A stretch of DNA of 64,000 nt from Laetmonice hystrix (lineage: Eukaryota), in NCBI GenBank assembly GCA_965235115.1, contig OZ249440.1, positions 11,470,001 to 11,534,000 on the forward strand. The letters run 5' to 3'. The notes below the pieces were generated by a model. The model was not told the DNA's origin. It made no database searches and saw only the letters and a program-made list of their open reading frames with translations. The translations under genes were made by a program, and so were the position numbers. Positions 14,533-27,941 of the stretch are shown one piece after another (within the stretch, counting starts at the first letter, position 1; every line of letters starts with the position of its first letter).

Positions 14533-14770
14533 AACCAACCTCTTCTGCTTGTGTATTGTTGGACAGCCCGAGAGTCAGAGTCAAATGGACACCTGCGAGC
14601 AGTTAACTACTACTCACAAAATAATTATAATCAAACATTGCTTATATTATCAGAGGTTGGTTATCACTTCATTTCATTGTTCTTAAAGATTTAAATGTAT
14701 CTAATTTCAGTTGAAACAGTTCAAATGCAAACTACTTTGCTGGACTATTTTGTACCGCTTCACTGCATTT
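14533..14770 (+). repeat. Dispersed repeat, second copy at 27701-27941
   Basis: AACCTCTTCTGCTTGTGTATTGT...ATGGACACCT.CGAGCAGTTAACT...TTGAAACAGTTCAAATGCAAACT...CTTCACTGCATT shared at both loci. Confidence 0.8.
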
Positions 14771-15692
14771 ATATCCCTAACCATCAGGGTCGTAGTCTCA
14801 AGAGTACTAGCATGCGCAGTTTGGCTTTCTCTATGCCACCCAGCGGGCATTATTGGAACTACACCGAGTCGACAGAAGCCCGTGACCTTGCGACTCGATC
14901 CTCGCCTGCTTGGAAAGTGTCGACGGCTGCTGAAGACACTTTGATTTTATGTTCCAGAGTCTGGGAAGTAATTACTACTTTCGGAAAAAATAATAATTCA
15001 ATAATGATAAAACCAATATGGAACAGTCGTGTGCCCGCGATGTATTAGGTTTAGTCCTCCTTTAATTACACCTTTGTCTCCCTGCTGCTGACGTCAGAGC
15101 CGTCAGTGTCGTTTACGTAGGTGTTATACAAAATACGCTTGTTTCTACATCGTGTTAATTGTTATGACTCTGTAGAATCCTGCCTCGGTTTAGAGCATGT
15201 ACTGCTTTAGAAGTGAAGTGAATAGGGCGGTCGTGCAATGGTTCTGGTTGACAGGGGTATATTCGTGGGGCTGGCATTGACAGTCGGTAGTCTTCATTCT
15301 ATGCAGAAAACACAGCGGGTTCCATTCTTTCACAGAACAATACCATTCATAACGTCTTAACTATCAGACAACGGGTACGCGTGAGGATCAATTAGGTATG
15401 TCGTTTCTTCCAGCCATGTGAAAGGCCTTATTCTGACATTGTTTTTTCTTCGAATCGATGAACGCTTGGGCTCAATAGGCCTACTACAGCCACGGTACAT
15501 GCTTGTTATCAAGTGTATCTTACAGGATTTTATACGTAGGAAGCCCCTCTCCATAATAATGATGAAACGAGACCTAAGTCGTTTGGCCAATGCACGTGTA
15601 GAGTCCAGCGTGTTCAGGGTAAGAATGGGGGACGCTGGAGGGGGAACCGGAAACCCGTGGGTTAGCGGAAGTGATGATGCCGGCGAGCTCAG

Positions 15693-15958
15693 GGCCCGGT
15701 TTTTTTGTTTACTTTTCCACCGTGAGCAAGGGTGAGCTGAGCTGAGCAAGGGTGAACATAAAGCTCATTCTCACCGTTTTTGTGCTTTTTTTGGTTGTTT
15801 TTTTTTCCATGAAGTGTGCTCATGGCAAGCTCGCTCGCGGAAAAACACCTCAAAAATCGAAAACAGTGAGCAAAACGGTGAGCATGAGGTTCTGCTCACC
15901 CTTGCTCAGCTCAGCTCACGCTTGCTCACGGTGGAAAAGTAAACAAAAAAAACGGGCC
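15693..15958. mobile_element. PIF/Harbinger-like MITE, ~63-bp TIRs, CAG TSD
   Basis: CAG|GGCCCGG...CGGGCC|CAG; TIRs differ at two positions. Confidence 0.82.
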
Positions 15959-16765
15959 CAGGTCTCGCCCACCATTAGGCGCAATGTTACCATTACGAAT
16001 AATGAATTTGCGTGTGTTAGAACATGATATCAGGTGCAATCCATGTAGAGAGATAAAAGCCTTGAAGTCAAACATTAGAGTTATAATATATACATAAGTC
16101 GAATGTTAAATCGGACAAAAAACGTACATCTGCCGTCCGCTGTCGACATCTAGGCTTTATACCCTTTCATGTTGAGTGCCAGAAAAACGGCGTTGGACAA
16201 GACGTTTCATATTTTGTCGAAAAAAATCCGGAGATTCGACTAAAAAAGGTATGTACGTCTTTATTCTAGACAAAAAACAACAAGCCTACCGACATCAAAT
16301 GGCACTTGAGCATTTATTTATGGCAACTGGAACTTTCACTGTGTTTCACAACGGAGACTTGACACCTGCTACAATTCATTGCATTACACCATGACACCTA
16401 TTCATTTAATGCTGAAGTGATCTAATGCGCAGGCCCGAAATCTTGCTTCAACAGGCCGGGATAACAGGGTTATTTTTAACCCCCAAACTCCATCACAACC
16501 AGGATACACGATATAATTTTTCTTTTTAATCCTCGCCGCTGTAGAGCCCATCGATTGAAAGTAATCCATTGAGGATAATCGCTTGAAACAAGAGTAAAGT
16601 GGGAGGCAAGGGGGTTTTTGGTCCCATGTTCCAGCCTTTCAATGAGTATTGCTAATCTTTAATGACCCCGTCAATTACAATCACACAAGATGAAAGGCAG
16701 TTTTTTTAATGACAAAGTAGCCGAAGTGGGTAAAGCCTGATCAGTTGAGGGAGTATGAATTAAAT

Positions 16766-17030
16766 TCCGTCACCTAGTTGAACAGATCCATTTTTGTTAT
16801 CGTAACCCTTTCTGCCCTAACATTATAACTTCCGTCACCTAGTTGAACAGATCCATTTTTGTTATCGTAACCCCGTACTTTCTGCCCTCACATTATAACT
16901 TCCGTCACCTAGTTGAACAGATCCATTTTTGTTATCGTAACCCTTTCTGCCCTAACATTATAACTTCCGTCACCTAGTTGAACAGATCCATTTTTGTTAT
17001 CGTAACCCTTTTTGTCCTAACATTATAACT
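16766..17030. repeat. ~65-70-bp tandem repeat, 4 copies
   Basis: TTCCGTCACCTAGTTGAACAGATCCATTTTTGTTATCGTAACCC repeated. Confidence 0.88.
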
Positions 17031-18199
17031 GTATAGTGCCATGGATAATTTAAGGATCAATATCAATATGGTCATTTGGAGAATTTGCGATCCACTATAT
17101 AAACGTTTTAAAGTTAATTCAGAACGTTCCGTTTTCATGAAAATAATATCTATATACGGTGTTGACTTAAATATCGTACTACCCCTCATTGAGCCACGAG
17201 TTGTCTTTGCCTGTTTTGTGAACTGAACTATGAAGTCGGATGACACATTCCAGCGACTCAGCCGCTCCTTCGTTTTAAAATATTTTGCAGCAGTATCTTT
17301 CTCTCAATTAAAATAACAAACTAAAATGAAAAAAATTCCAGGAAAGAGGAAAAAGTCTGTCAAATCAATCATTCAATGCGGACGGATCATTGGTGGTTTT
17401 ACCCTCTTGGGGTACGAACGCATTACAATTAGGTTCTAACATGCCTTGTCCTTAATCACCCCCCCCCTTCCTCCGCTAACAACCCCACCCCACCTATCCA
17501 AAATACAGTTCTTTTCTGTTGCGCACATAGAAATCCTTCCGTATAGTGGGAACGTTCCCGGTAGGACATCAGAGTAAGGGCTTGACTTTAACACAGTACT
17601 GCAATTGGTCTTTGAAACCAGAAGGGTCTCTGGATCTTATCACGAATTCCCGCTGCGAGCATGTGTGTCTCCAGTTCGACACCACCTATTTTAAAGTAAT
17701 GACGTGAGGTGGCGCTGCCACGGGACCGAATCTAATTACATGCAGTTTCTGGTTGGTCAATCCAGTTACCGGGAAATAAGTGAATATCCTATGGGATGTT
17801 ATCGGAATTGAATTTGAGAAACTCGTTTAAATCAAATGGCCTATTGCAATCACATATTAATTCACCCGAAGGAAATTTTCGTTTCGGTAAAAAGAACCGC
17901 CTGCATGTGGTGCTGCAGAGAACATTAATAACTGGAATGTTGAATTTAAGCCGTTTATTTCGGTGTGTATCCATCATGGGGGAACATGGCATGAAAAGGG
18001 TATCACAAGTATAGCCGAGTGAAATTAAGTTCTAGTACATGAAGCGTATGGTGCGATGTCTTTGTCTGGGAGGAGCAAATCAACATGACATGAAAGACGT
18101 CATGCTCTGCCCACCGACTTAACCTCGAGACTAAACTATGGCCCAAACTGACATGAAAGTTATATTTAGCTGTTTCATCAAATCACAAATATACGGTGG

Positions 18200-18900
18200 C
18201 AAAGAAGTACAAACTGCTGTACTTCACAAATTCTTGTGCAATTCTTGCGAAGCAAGGAACTGTCCGTGAATGCAAGAAACTGTCTCAGAAGGAATTGCCT
18301 GTAAATAACAGAGATTTCAGTGTGAAGGCCAGGAATTCCATTGTGAAGGCAAAGATTTTACTGTGAAGCAAAGGAATTTAAAATTGTCTAGGAAGTACAA
18401 CAGTTTGTAATTCTGAGTCACCGTACAAACGGTCCGCCACCGTACGCCGGTGGCCCACAAGTACAAAGTGTTGTATTTCACAGACAATTTGAAATTCCTT
18501 CGCTTTATAGTGACATTCCTGTGTTTCACAGTGAAATTCCTTGTCTTCACAGACAATTCCTTCGCTTCACAGTGGAATTTCTGGCCTTCACACTGAAATT
18601 TCTGTTATTTATACTGAAATTTCTGTTCTTCACCTGGCTAATTGCCTTCACAGACAGTTCCTTCGCCTCACAAGAATTGTCTCAGAAGACAAGGAATTAA
18701 TTGAGAAGGTCAGTAATTTTAGTTGAAAGCCAAGAATTCCATTGTGAAGTGAAAGAATTTTACTATGAAGCGAAGGAATTGTCTGTGAAGACAAGACATT
18801 TCACTGTGAAACACAGGAATTGTCTGTGAAGAACAGCCGTTTGTACTTCTGGGCCACCGTACGGCGGGGCTTGTCAATTTCCTGTCTCGCTTGTAAAGAC
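18200..18900. repeat. Foldback-like region of inverted GAAATTCCTT.GCTTCACAGTG-type arrays
   Basis: 18300-18390 and 18720-18830 are inverted relative to 18480-18670; GGTGGCCCA.AAGTACAAA motifs in opposite orientations at ~18450 and ~18840. Confidence 0.6.
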
Positions 18901-20749
18901 TTCTGGCGGATTCAGGGGGGGGGGGAGAACACAACGTGCAAAATGTGCAGTGATGTTGGCAATGGCGATATTTTATCGATCTATTGCTACAGTAGGTAAG
19001 CCTGGGGTTTAGTTTATAATGATGCCTTCATCTGGCATTGTTCTCAAACTCAGGTAGGACTTTCAATCAAATCTCTGTCAGCTATGTTCAAGTTCCGAGT
19101 GTGGCATCTCCTACTGGGACATCCACGACGGGACCGCTTTATCATGCATGACGAGGCCCTTTGTAAGGGTGAGGGAGGAAGGGCTGTATGGGGAGAAGTT
19201 TATCATTTAGACGGGTACATGATGCCAGTACAATATGTATTATTATATGATGACCGCTAATCAGAGGACCGATCCCGCCGCGATCCGATTCGAAAATTGG
19301 CTGTATAATTGCAATTTAGGGGTGATCCGGAACACCATCTCAGACATTTGCTCCCGATGGATTTTGCCCTCGAGAACCTTTGCCCTAAAATGTCCTAGGG
19401 GTGAATGTCCTCGGGGGCAAAGGGCAAAGGCCCTCGAGGGGAAAGGTCCTACGGGAAAATGTCCAGGGGGGAAGGATCCGGTGGGGCAAGTGTGCTAGAA
19501 TTACCGTGTATTACCCCAGCCCTCGAGAAGCACCTGGTGTCAGTATAAAAGCTTTGCTCACGCTGCTAGTACACAGTCTGCGCAGCCTTTTAAAGAGTTG
19601 CCTTTTGAACTTGCCGTGAACTTGGCTCGGTCTCACTGAAGTAACCTCTTCCGCCGTCAATGCAGGAATGGCCACCACCGTGGAAACCCAGCTCATTGGC
19701 CCTTACGATCTTACCTGTCAGCCACCTGTTCCCCATGGCATCAACGTCATCAAGTCGAGACTGCTTCTTAAGAGCCGGCCGGACCGCACCTCGGCGCACT
19801 TGGCCGAGGTCTTCGTAGTAGACTTGAAATTACATTTTGTGGGCAAACGGTACGGACATTATTGACCTGACGATTTTGGCCTTGATTACTCTCGGCGTCC
19901 CTGCAGTATTATGGGCACGTGTAATCAGGGAGGAACGATCGGGGATGGCTTTAATGGATGAGAGCTGAAAGGTTGTCTACGTCCGGTTCACAACACATGC
20001 AACTATGAAGCCGTCTTGACTTGGCCGCGCGAACAAGAAAATGTATTTTTTTTTGTCTTTTAAGTTACATTTTGATTAAAGTAATTCTGCTGCCTTTTTC
20101 TCAGCTACTTCATCCGTCAAAGTATTGTCTGTAAAGTGGCTGTGGCTGACCTTTTGAATTACTCTCTTTTTTTGTTGCTGCTACTTTGGCTTTCACTCTT
20201 TCTGTTGTTTTTCTGGTTACCAATTGCTCCTTCAACCAGCTTCCTCGCCTACACCTGCTTCTTGTCGTCCTTCTCTTGCACCCCACGTCGACGTCTTCAT
20301 GCACATCCTGCATGCTGCTCAACATCTTTACCTTTCTTGACAATATCGTCTTTCTCCAGCATCCCTTGTGTAGCCAGTCAGAGTGTTGAATAAAGAAAAC
20401 TCCCCATCACTTCACTGTATTGATTCCGACACCGAACATCAATTCTCACACCACACCGCCAGAATTACCAAATCAGAAGGGCTGTGGCATGGGTACGAAA
20501 GGTCAAACGAGAAGAGCAAGGCTGACTGGGGGAGTGATTGCGGGCTGCAATATGACGCTGTCTTCAAGACGGGAATGCATTCAATGTAATTACTTCATTC
20601 AAAGACCTATCGTTCTTTATGCCCCTACAGGGGATGATCATATAAAGTTAAACTCTGTCTGATTTGATTGTTAATTGCGAAGGATAATGTGATAGAATGG
20701 TGTTATCTAGAGATGACTTTTTCACATTTTTTCACATTTTCACCTTAAC

Positions 20750-21900
20750 TTGGTTACCAAGCAATGGTTTCCTCTCATTAATCGGCGGTATGTCTCTTTG
20801 TTAATAATTTCGTTCTATTTTAGTCATCAGAGAAAAGGTATAATAGCTAAGTGGGCAGTTGGAACTTAAAATTAAGAAATTTAATTGAGAGGAAATGATC
20901 ACTTTATTGTTTTTCCAAACTGCGTGTCACATATCGTGGAATACCCAGCATTATGTAACGTAACAATTAATGGTTTTCTTTTTGTCGACTGAAAAAACTG
21001 GCTGGAGCTTCAATAATCGCCGTTGCAATTTCGTGCAAACAAGTATATTTTCTGACGTATGTTTCGACCAACATCTTGTGCCTGTCTTTCCCCTTTCGTC
21101 ATGGCGGTAACGAGGAAGAAAATACACGATTAATATTGTGTGCAGGAAATCTAGAGACCTTGTGGAAATAATAGATCAATGCAGTATATCCCCGGGATAT
21201 TACTTTATAACAGTAGTTATCAGTACAAGTTGGATCGTTTGCGACAGTCTCTCAAATGTCATTCATTGTGATGGGCCCTGTCTTATATTCCCGGTCTTTC
21301 ACAGAGTGGTTGTAGTTTTATCAGGAACATGTCAAAAGGACTGGAAAGGCCGAACCCTCCGAGTGTTAACACAGTAGTCCATATTGTTGAAATTGGATGT
21401 GCCACATTTGTATCAATAGCATTATCGAACTAGAACTGCATTTGTCAGTAAAGTGACTTGTAACGCATCCAACTTCACTCTGTACAGGAAGAGAGACCCT
21501 TCGAGCTTTTTCTTATTTCAAACTAACTACTGTCTTCAGTAATCCATATCGAAAATGCGTGATATAATGTGCTTCATCTGCGGGTAATTGCAAATATATT
21601 GGCTGCTTCGTAAGTCTTTGTGTGCTTTGTCCTACATAACTGTTCCATCAGTAAAAAGTCTTTCTCTCTGGCACAAGAGCAGGACAACAGCATGACAATA
21701 CCATCCAAGGAGGCATTAGGCCACTTTGAGTTCTCCTAAAAGTTCCAAAACAAATCGAAAGAGGCATTATTGATGTGTTATCCTTTAGCGAGCGGTCGAA
21801 AACACTTCAGCGACAATATTGCATTCGCAGATCTTTGTTTGTATTTGTCCTCTCAAGGCAAATGCCATCTACCCAACAATTTCTTAAATATTTGTCGTAA
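20750..21900 (-). mobile_element. Highly decayed L2/CR1-type LINE reverse-transcriptase remnant
   Basis: Minus strand with stops/frameshifts gives FGLSSPFD (LDLS.AFD-like), GI.DRAH.WMT..LRD.R and a YADDTQ-like stretch (TATGTGACACGCAGTTT) in the expected order. Confidence 0.35.
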
Positions 21901-22529
21901 TCTTACAAAGTGCTGGCAATAACACCGTATTACAGTATAGAGAATTCCTTATGACCATTGGGCTATTTACATGTTAATACGTCATAATTATGACGATATT
22001 TATGCCATAAAACCATCGCATTACTACAGCCGATTCAACATACCGTCAATGTTGTTTAGTATTTTATATTTTTCCCACTGCCAAATGCATTGTTTATGCA
22101 TTATTGTAAAATTTACTTTTTCAGTGATGCAGTGGGGGAGGATTTTACGCCTTGTGCATAGCTGACAAATCTCTCGGACCCCCCTTGGGGATCATGGGTA
22201 AGACTAATCTTCAGTTTAATCCCTGGCTGTTGGTAAAGTCTGTTCCACGCAGAAACATATGAATCTTGAGCCTTCCAGAACCGTCCTCGTCCTCCCCAGT
22301 TTTCCGGGTTGTCAAAGGCGTTGGTAGCCATGTCTGGGTTATAGGTAAATACGAGAACTATTGCCATTTATTTAAAGAGTAGGGGACTACCTCTCGATGG
22401 GAGGTTCATTCTCACGTCAACCTCGTTAACATCTCCCTGGGGGTATAATAGGTCCCTTGACTAGATTAAAGTGACACCGGTTGGGGGCCTGTTCGACTGT
22501 TCCACCAATATAATCGACCGTTGATTTCC

Positions 22530-23830
22530 CAACGGAGTCTTCTAATTTACCCCCCGTCCGTCCGTACGTCCGTCCGTCCGTACGTACGTCCGTACGTCCG
22601 TCCGTCCGTACGTACGTAGACAGCGAGTTCTCAAAGACGCATGGATCAATCTTCACGAAACTTTGGCAAAACATCCCCCACCCTCTCGGGATTACACACG
22701 TTAAAGTAATTTATGATTTTTTTTTTTTTTTTTTATTGATCATCTTTACCCAGGGAGTCCTGCTCGACTAAATGCCGTCACAAATGCAGGCCCCTGCCTT
22801 ATATTACAGTATTCGTATAGATCCCGTGATTCATTCATTTAGCATAGCAGTATAGGTATTCTATATACATTGTCATATTATACAGCTTTTAATTTCTTAC
22901 CAATGATGGATATCCCGATTGTTATCCATGAAGAACATACTGATATAATATTTCTTAATTTCTGATTTAAATTCATCAATGTTTGTGATAAGTCTAATGT
23001 AAACAGGTAGATTATTCCAAATTATTGATTTATAGTAACAATTAGATTTTTTAAAGAGTTCGCTATGAGGTTTAGGCACCTGCAGTAGTATGCCAAGCTA
23101 ATATTATTTGTCTTCCTATCCTATCTTATCCAAAATGGCTTCCCTGCAGCCATGTTTGATAACAACACTCATGTAGGTATATCCTAAAGAATACTCGACC
23201 GTTTCTTTTGAAACTTGCCACAGAGACAGAGGATAGCGGAGGACCTATGTGTGTAGTATATTTTAAAATTCAGATCCAAGATGGCGGTATGTTTGATTTC
23301 GTTAGTCCATTTCCGGGCGATTTTAATCAATAACTGGAAAACTGTGCAAGATACGGCCCTATTTACTAGTAATCATGGATAGGGAGTCATACATGAACTT
23401 TCATTTGGCACTATTTTTTGTCCCTTGAGCGATCTGCAAGACACGGTCATAGTTAAGAGTAATCATGTACAGGAAGTCAAATATTCTGACCAAAGATCAC
23501 CTACCCATGTTTAACAAAATCACTGTAGACATATCTCGAAGAAGACTAGCCCGTTTCTTCTTAAACTTGCCACTAAGACGGAGGATGACGAGGTGCATCA
23601 TCTTTATTATGTATGAGCTTTCATTTCCACCATTTCTGTTGACCTTGAGTGACCTGGAAAGCTGATATCAAGGTCATGCAAACTTTTCAGAGTGTATCGT
23701 GAAAATGGTCCAAAACACGGTCATAGTTGCTGGTAAGCATGGATAGGAAGACAAATAATATTAGCTTTCACTTGGCACCATGTGCACATGTGACCTTGAG
23801 TGACCTGGAAAGGTGACACAAAAGGACACT
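22530..23830 (+). mobile_element. Interspersed element with (CGTC)n microsatellite (Helentron-associated/HINE-like), interrupted by a LINE
   Basis: CCGTCCGT tract then GACGCATGGAT.AATCTTCACGAAACTTTGGCAAAA...ATGGCTTCCCTGCAGCCAT, matching 25842-26190. End coordinates approximate; class assignment inferred. Confidence 0.5.
22718..23090 (-). mobile_element. 5'-truncated CR1/L2-type LINE 3' end with polyA tail
   Basis: Minus strand encodes VPKPHSELFKKSNCYYKSIIWNNLPVYIRLITNIDEFKSEIKKY (typical LINE ORF2 C-terminus), then UTR, AATAAA and A-tail (T-run at ~22718-22735). Confidence 0.8.
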
Positions 23831-25010
23831 ACACTGCCTTCCAAAACTTCATAGTTAGGGGCTGTGTCAAAACCACAACATTTATACCCCTTTTTTGACA
23901 CAAGATTGATTTACCTACAACCTCCTAATAAAATGGAATTGAAACAACTCTCCATTATGGTTAGAATATACATAGTTATACATAATATAGATGAGGTACG
24001 TGTGTCATTTCGGGGTTTACAAACGATGTAACTTTAATGGTTTAATATCGCACTGAAGACATCCCAATCGGCACAGTTCACCATTCTCACTCCGTTCATG
24101 ATGATGAACATTAACAATTTTAGTCTATTCCGAAAAACTGTTTTTCCCCTATCGGCATCAGCATCACTCAAGCACCGATACCAACATCATAATGAACATT
24201 GTCGCACTTATCTTGACTACTCTATACATCCCTCTCATCATCACCATTAGGCCTGCATCTAATTACTCCACTAAAACAAGTGGCATGTTCGGTCCCTATC
24301 TTCCATGACGAGCTCGTCCGTCAGGCTCAAAAATATGTCCACCTTTTTCTCCCTTTCCATGCTAGCCCATCAACCAAGTGGCCTTACAGCCTGTAATTAC
24401 TCAGCCAGCCTAGTGACGACCTCGTCGGGTGAGTGAATGCCATGTTTTACGCCCAGTCGACAGTATTTGAGTCATATTCAGGCGATAGGACCCAGTTAAT
24501 TCAGTGAAGAAACCTATTTACGCCCGAATCTCAGGGGGTGGGATGATGATGTGGATGAACTAGGAAGAAATCTACCACCGGGAGTCAATCTCCTACTCGA
24601 AATTCGAAAAATGGCAAGGGTTCTTTTGTATGCTCAGTCGCACAGACACAGCTGGACATGCCAAAGCCTTTGATGACCCAGTTTCGTAGCACAGGGGGTG
24701 CAGGTCTTAGCTGACAACTGCTTTAAACTGACACCAATTGTCAGTTGAGGGCCAGTGGGAACTGTCGTGCTGGAAGGATGCAAACTCTTTATCAGTGCCA
24801 CACACATGATCCTTCAATCCGACACTTGACCACTTCTCCACACAAACCCTCGCCCTATTTGTCGCTTGTTACGAACAGCCAGGGTGGGAAGCTGAGGATC
24901 ATTCTGGGCCCTGATGCCCAGGGAGGCCGTCCGTACAGCTGGCGACCACATCTCCTTATAGCCCATCCGCCATAAATGATGACGGCAGTCTTCAGTGCGG
25001 CCGTCTTCAG

Positions 25011-25270
25011 CTGAGCCGGCTGGTGCCGTGGGCTGAGCCGGCTGGTTCCGGGGGGCTGAGCCGGCTGGTGCCGGGGGCTGAACCGGCTGGTGCCGGGGGG
25101 GGGGCTGAGCCGGCTGGTTCTGGGAGCTGAGCCGGCTGGTGCCGGGGGGGAGCTGAGCCGGCTGGTGCCGGGGGGGGGGGGGAGCTGAGCCGGCTGGTGC
25201 CGTGGGCTGAACCGGCTGGTGCCGTGGGCTGAGCCGGCTGGTGCCGGGGGCTGAGCCTGCTGGTGCCGGG
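25011..25270. repeat. GC-rich minisatellite CTGAGCCGGCTGGTGCCGGGG
   Basis: Direct reading. Confidence 0.9.
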
Positions 25271-25841
25271 AGGCCCCGGCCGAGGGTTCCGCGAGCGGCC
25301 GGGCCCTACAGGGAAGCACAGGACGGATCTAAATGCGGTTAAATAGACTGAGGGCACGGTGCCAGGGGCACTATAGAACTGTATTAATCACCCTGGGCAC
25401 ATGGTTTCCCGCAGAACGGCCTGCATTAAGGGTCAACGGTTTGGCTCATCAATCTCGGAGGCGGGGATTACTGTGGCTTCTCGTCCATGGTATCCGAACT
25501 GAGGAGACGACGACGAATATGGATGCCAGCGCGTGTCTTGGCGAAACGAAAACAGCGACTGGTTATCAAGTAAATATTGTCAGAGAGGGGTGTAGTTTTT
25601 TGGGGAATGGTCGTGGTCGGAGTGCAGTTGTTGTGTTAGTGAGGTTGTTATTGGTGGGAGTAGTTGATGGAGACGGTGTTGTGTTTGATAATGGTATCGG
25701 TGGTGTGGTGATCCCCTGTATTACCTACTGTATAGCTACAGCCTGTAATAGTAGCCGGGTTTGGCGTTATTTATACTTTTCAAACATAGGCCTGCTAGAA
25801 CAGGCACTGGTGGTAAGGCGTTGGGTGAATATATAACATGT

Positions 25842-26190
25842 TTTTAGCCCTCAGCGGTGGCTTCTAATTTTCCCTCTGTCCGTCCGTCCGTATACAGCGA
25901 TTTCTCACAGACGCATGGATGAATCTTCACGAAACTTTGGCAAAATATCCTCCACCCTCTCGGGATTATGCACGTTAAAGGAATTTCAGATCTTATTCAA
26001 GATGGCTTCCCTGCAGCCATATTTGTCAAAAACACTCATCTAGGTATATCTCAAAGAAGATATACACAGAGGATAGCAGGGGGGATTTGTATGTCAGTAT
26101 ATTTCAAAATTCAGATCCAAAATGGCGACACGGCAGCCATTTTATCAGGTTATCTCTGGGAAATGCGATGCAATACTTCCCCTTTAATGT
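25842..26190 (+). mobile_element. Second, uninterrupted copy of the (CGTC)n element
   Basis: Aligns with 22530-22716 joined to 23122 onward. Confidence 0.55.
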
Positions 26191-26424
26191 TTCTTCCTGG
26201 TTTGTGGCTTGCAGTCCCCCCCCCCATCCCTCACTCCCCCAGCCCCACCCGATGAACCTCCTGGGCTGTCTAAGCCGGGATCTTAAGTTCATGAGGTCAA
26301 AGGTCAGAGATGCATCCAAAATTAAATGCCCTATCTATATCACTTCCTGTGTCATCCCTCAAAGGAAAGGCGTTTGATCGCTAATCCGGTTGCCTGCCTC
26401 AGTTTCTGAAAGACCCTAGAGAAA

Positions 26425-26597
26425 TCTCTCTCTGTCTCTCTTTCTCTCTGTCTCTGCCTGTTTGTCTGTCTCCCTGTCTCCCTCCCTCCCCCCCCCCTCC
26501 CTCCCTCCCTCCCTCCTCGTCCCTCCCTCCTCGTCCCTCCCTCCCTCCTCGTCCCTCCCTCCCTCCCTCCCTCCCTCCCAGTCTCTCTCTCTCTCTC
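26425..26597. repeat. CT/CCCT microsatellite
   Basis: Direct reading. Confidence 0.9.
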
Positions 26598-27700
26598 AAA
26601 TTTGGCGCAGGGTTTCGGGGCGTGGCCTTGCTACAGATTGTTGATCCCCCTGACTGAATGGAGGCGTTGGCGGGATAATATTGACCGACGGGAAATTAGG
26701 CGCTGATCACGCGGCCGGAGTGGGAACTGCAGACCCAAGGACAACTAGGGCCAGGTTGGCAGTGGGCCATTAGATATAATAAAAGTGGACCTTTGATGTG
26801 AAGGAGATGAGGGAAGGTCAGGGGAGTAATTTACATGCATGTCTGGGAACAGATCTACAAAACACGTGAGGTATCATAGTTGGTTGGCAAGTTGGCTATA
26901 TTTAAGTCCTTTAGAACTATAGGGTATTAGCAAAAGCTTATGAACCGGCAGAACAAACCAATATAAGCTAGATAATGAATGAGGATCCTTCCTGGAATGC
27001 AGGTCCAACCTGCTGCTGTTGTAGGCCTACCCCTTTACCTGGGTAGGGCCTAGAGACGCTCTTTCTCTCTCACGAGATCTCACTCACTCACACCCTCCCT
27101 CTCTTAGATTCTACTCAATATGCATTACCCATTTAAGAGTATCCGATGACTGGTCCCCTTATGCCTACCTGTGATGATACCCGAGCGGATTGTACGGACG
27201 TGAGTCGGGTGGATTCTGATCTACTCGGATAGATTGCCGTCATACTGCACCAGATCCGCGTCAACTTCTCCAGCCCAATTCAATCAGCACGCCAGTCTGC
27301 CCAGTTAGGCACAAGGAGGACGGCTAGTTTGTAAGTTTATAGTTATAGGGAGCGTAAAGTCTCGTGACCTGGTTGTCACAATGTTATGCTAACGCTCGTG
27401 ACACAATTCCCATTGGTTTTAGACCGGAAACAGTCCACCTCGCTAGGTGCACTAAGTGAGACAGTATAGTGCAGCAGCTATTTTTATACAGAATTCCCGT
27501 AACGGAAGTGGTGTGCGCATGACACACGGTCCCCTGCCTCCTGCCGCCCTACACGTAGTCAAGAGAGCTGGGGACCAGTCCAAACGCTGCTATATATAGA
27601 ACAGCCAATCAGAAAATTCTGGCCACTAGCCAATCCACGCTCTGCTACAGCAGCTACTGCGCTATGGACCACCATCCGCCAGTGGTCATTTTTGCTGAAA

Positions 27701-27941
27701 CTAACCTCTTCTGCTTGTGTATTGTGAGATAGTCCGGGACTAGTGTCAGAGTCAAGATGGACACCTACGAGCAGTTAACTATACTACTCACAAAAGAATT
27801 ATAATCAAACACTACTATACATTATCAGAGGTTGTTTATACTTCATTCATTTTTCTTCAAGATCTAAATTTAAATTCAACTTGAAACAGTTCAAATGCAA
27901 ACTGTACTTTGCTGAACTATTTTTTACCTCTTCACTGCATT
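27701..27941 (+). repeat. Dispersed repeat, partner of 14533-14770
   Basis: See partner. Confidence 0.8.

Noticed and set aside
16766-17030. Regularly spaced repeats resembling a CRISPR array (also 51435-51815, 52444-52667)
   Set aside because: Units are contiguous with no unique spacers, no cas genes, and the DNA is eukaryotic.
24855-25836. Pro/Ala-rich and Thr/Pro-rich ORFs
   Set aside because: The first derive from a GC-rich minisatellite; the adjacent mucin-like minus frame is short, interrupted and lacks clear splice support.
27171-27219. GTGATGA...CTGA with an internal hairpin
   Set aside because: Only ~50 nt, no terminal stem, no guide match, no host intron.
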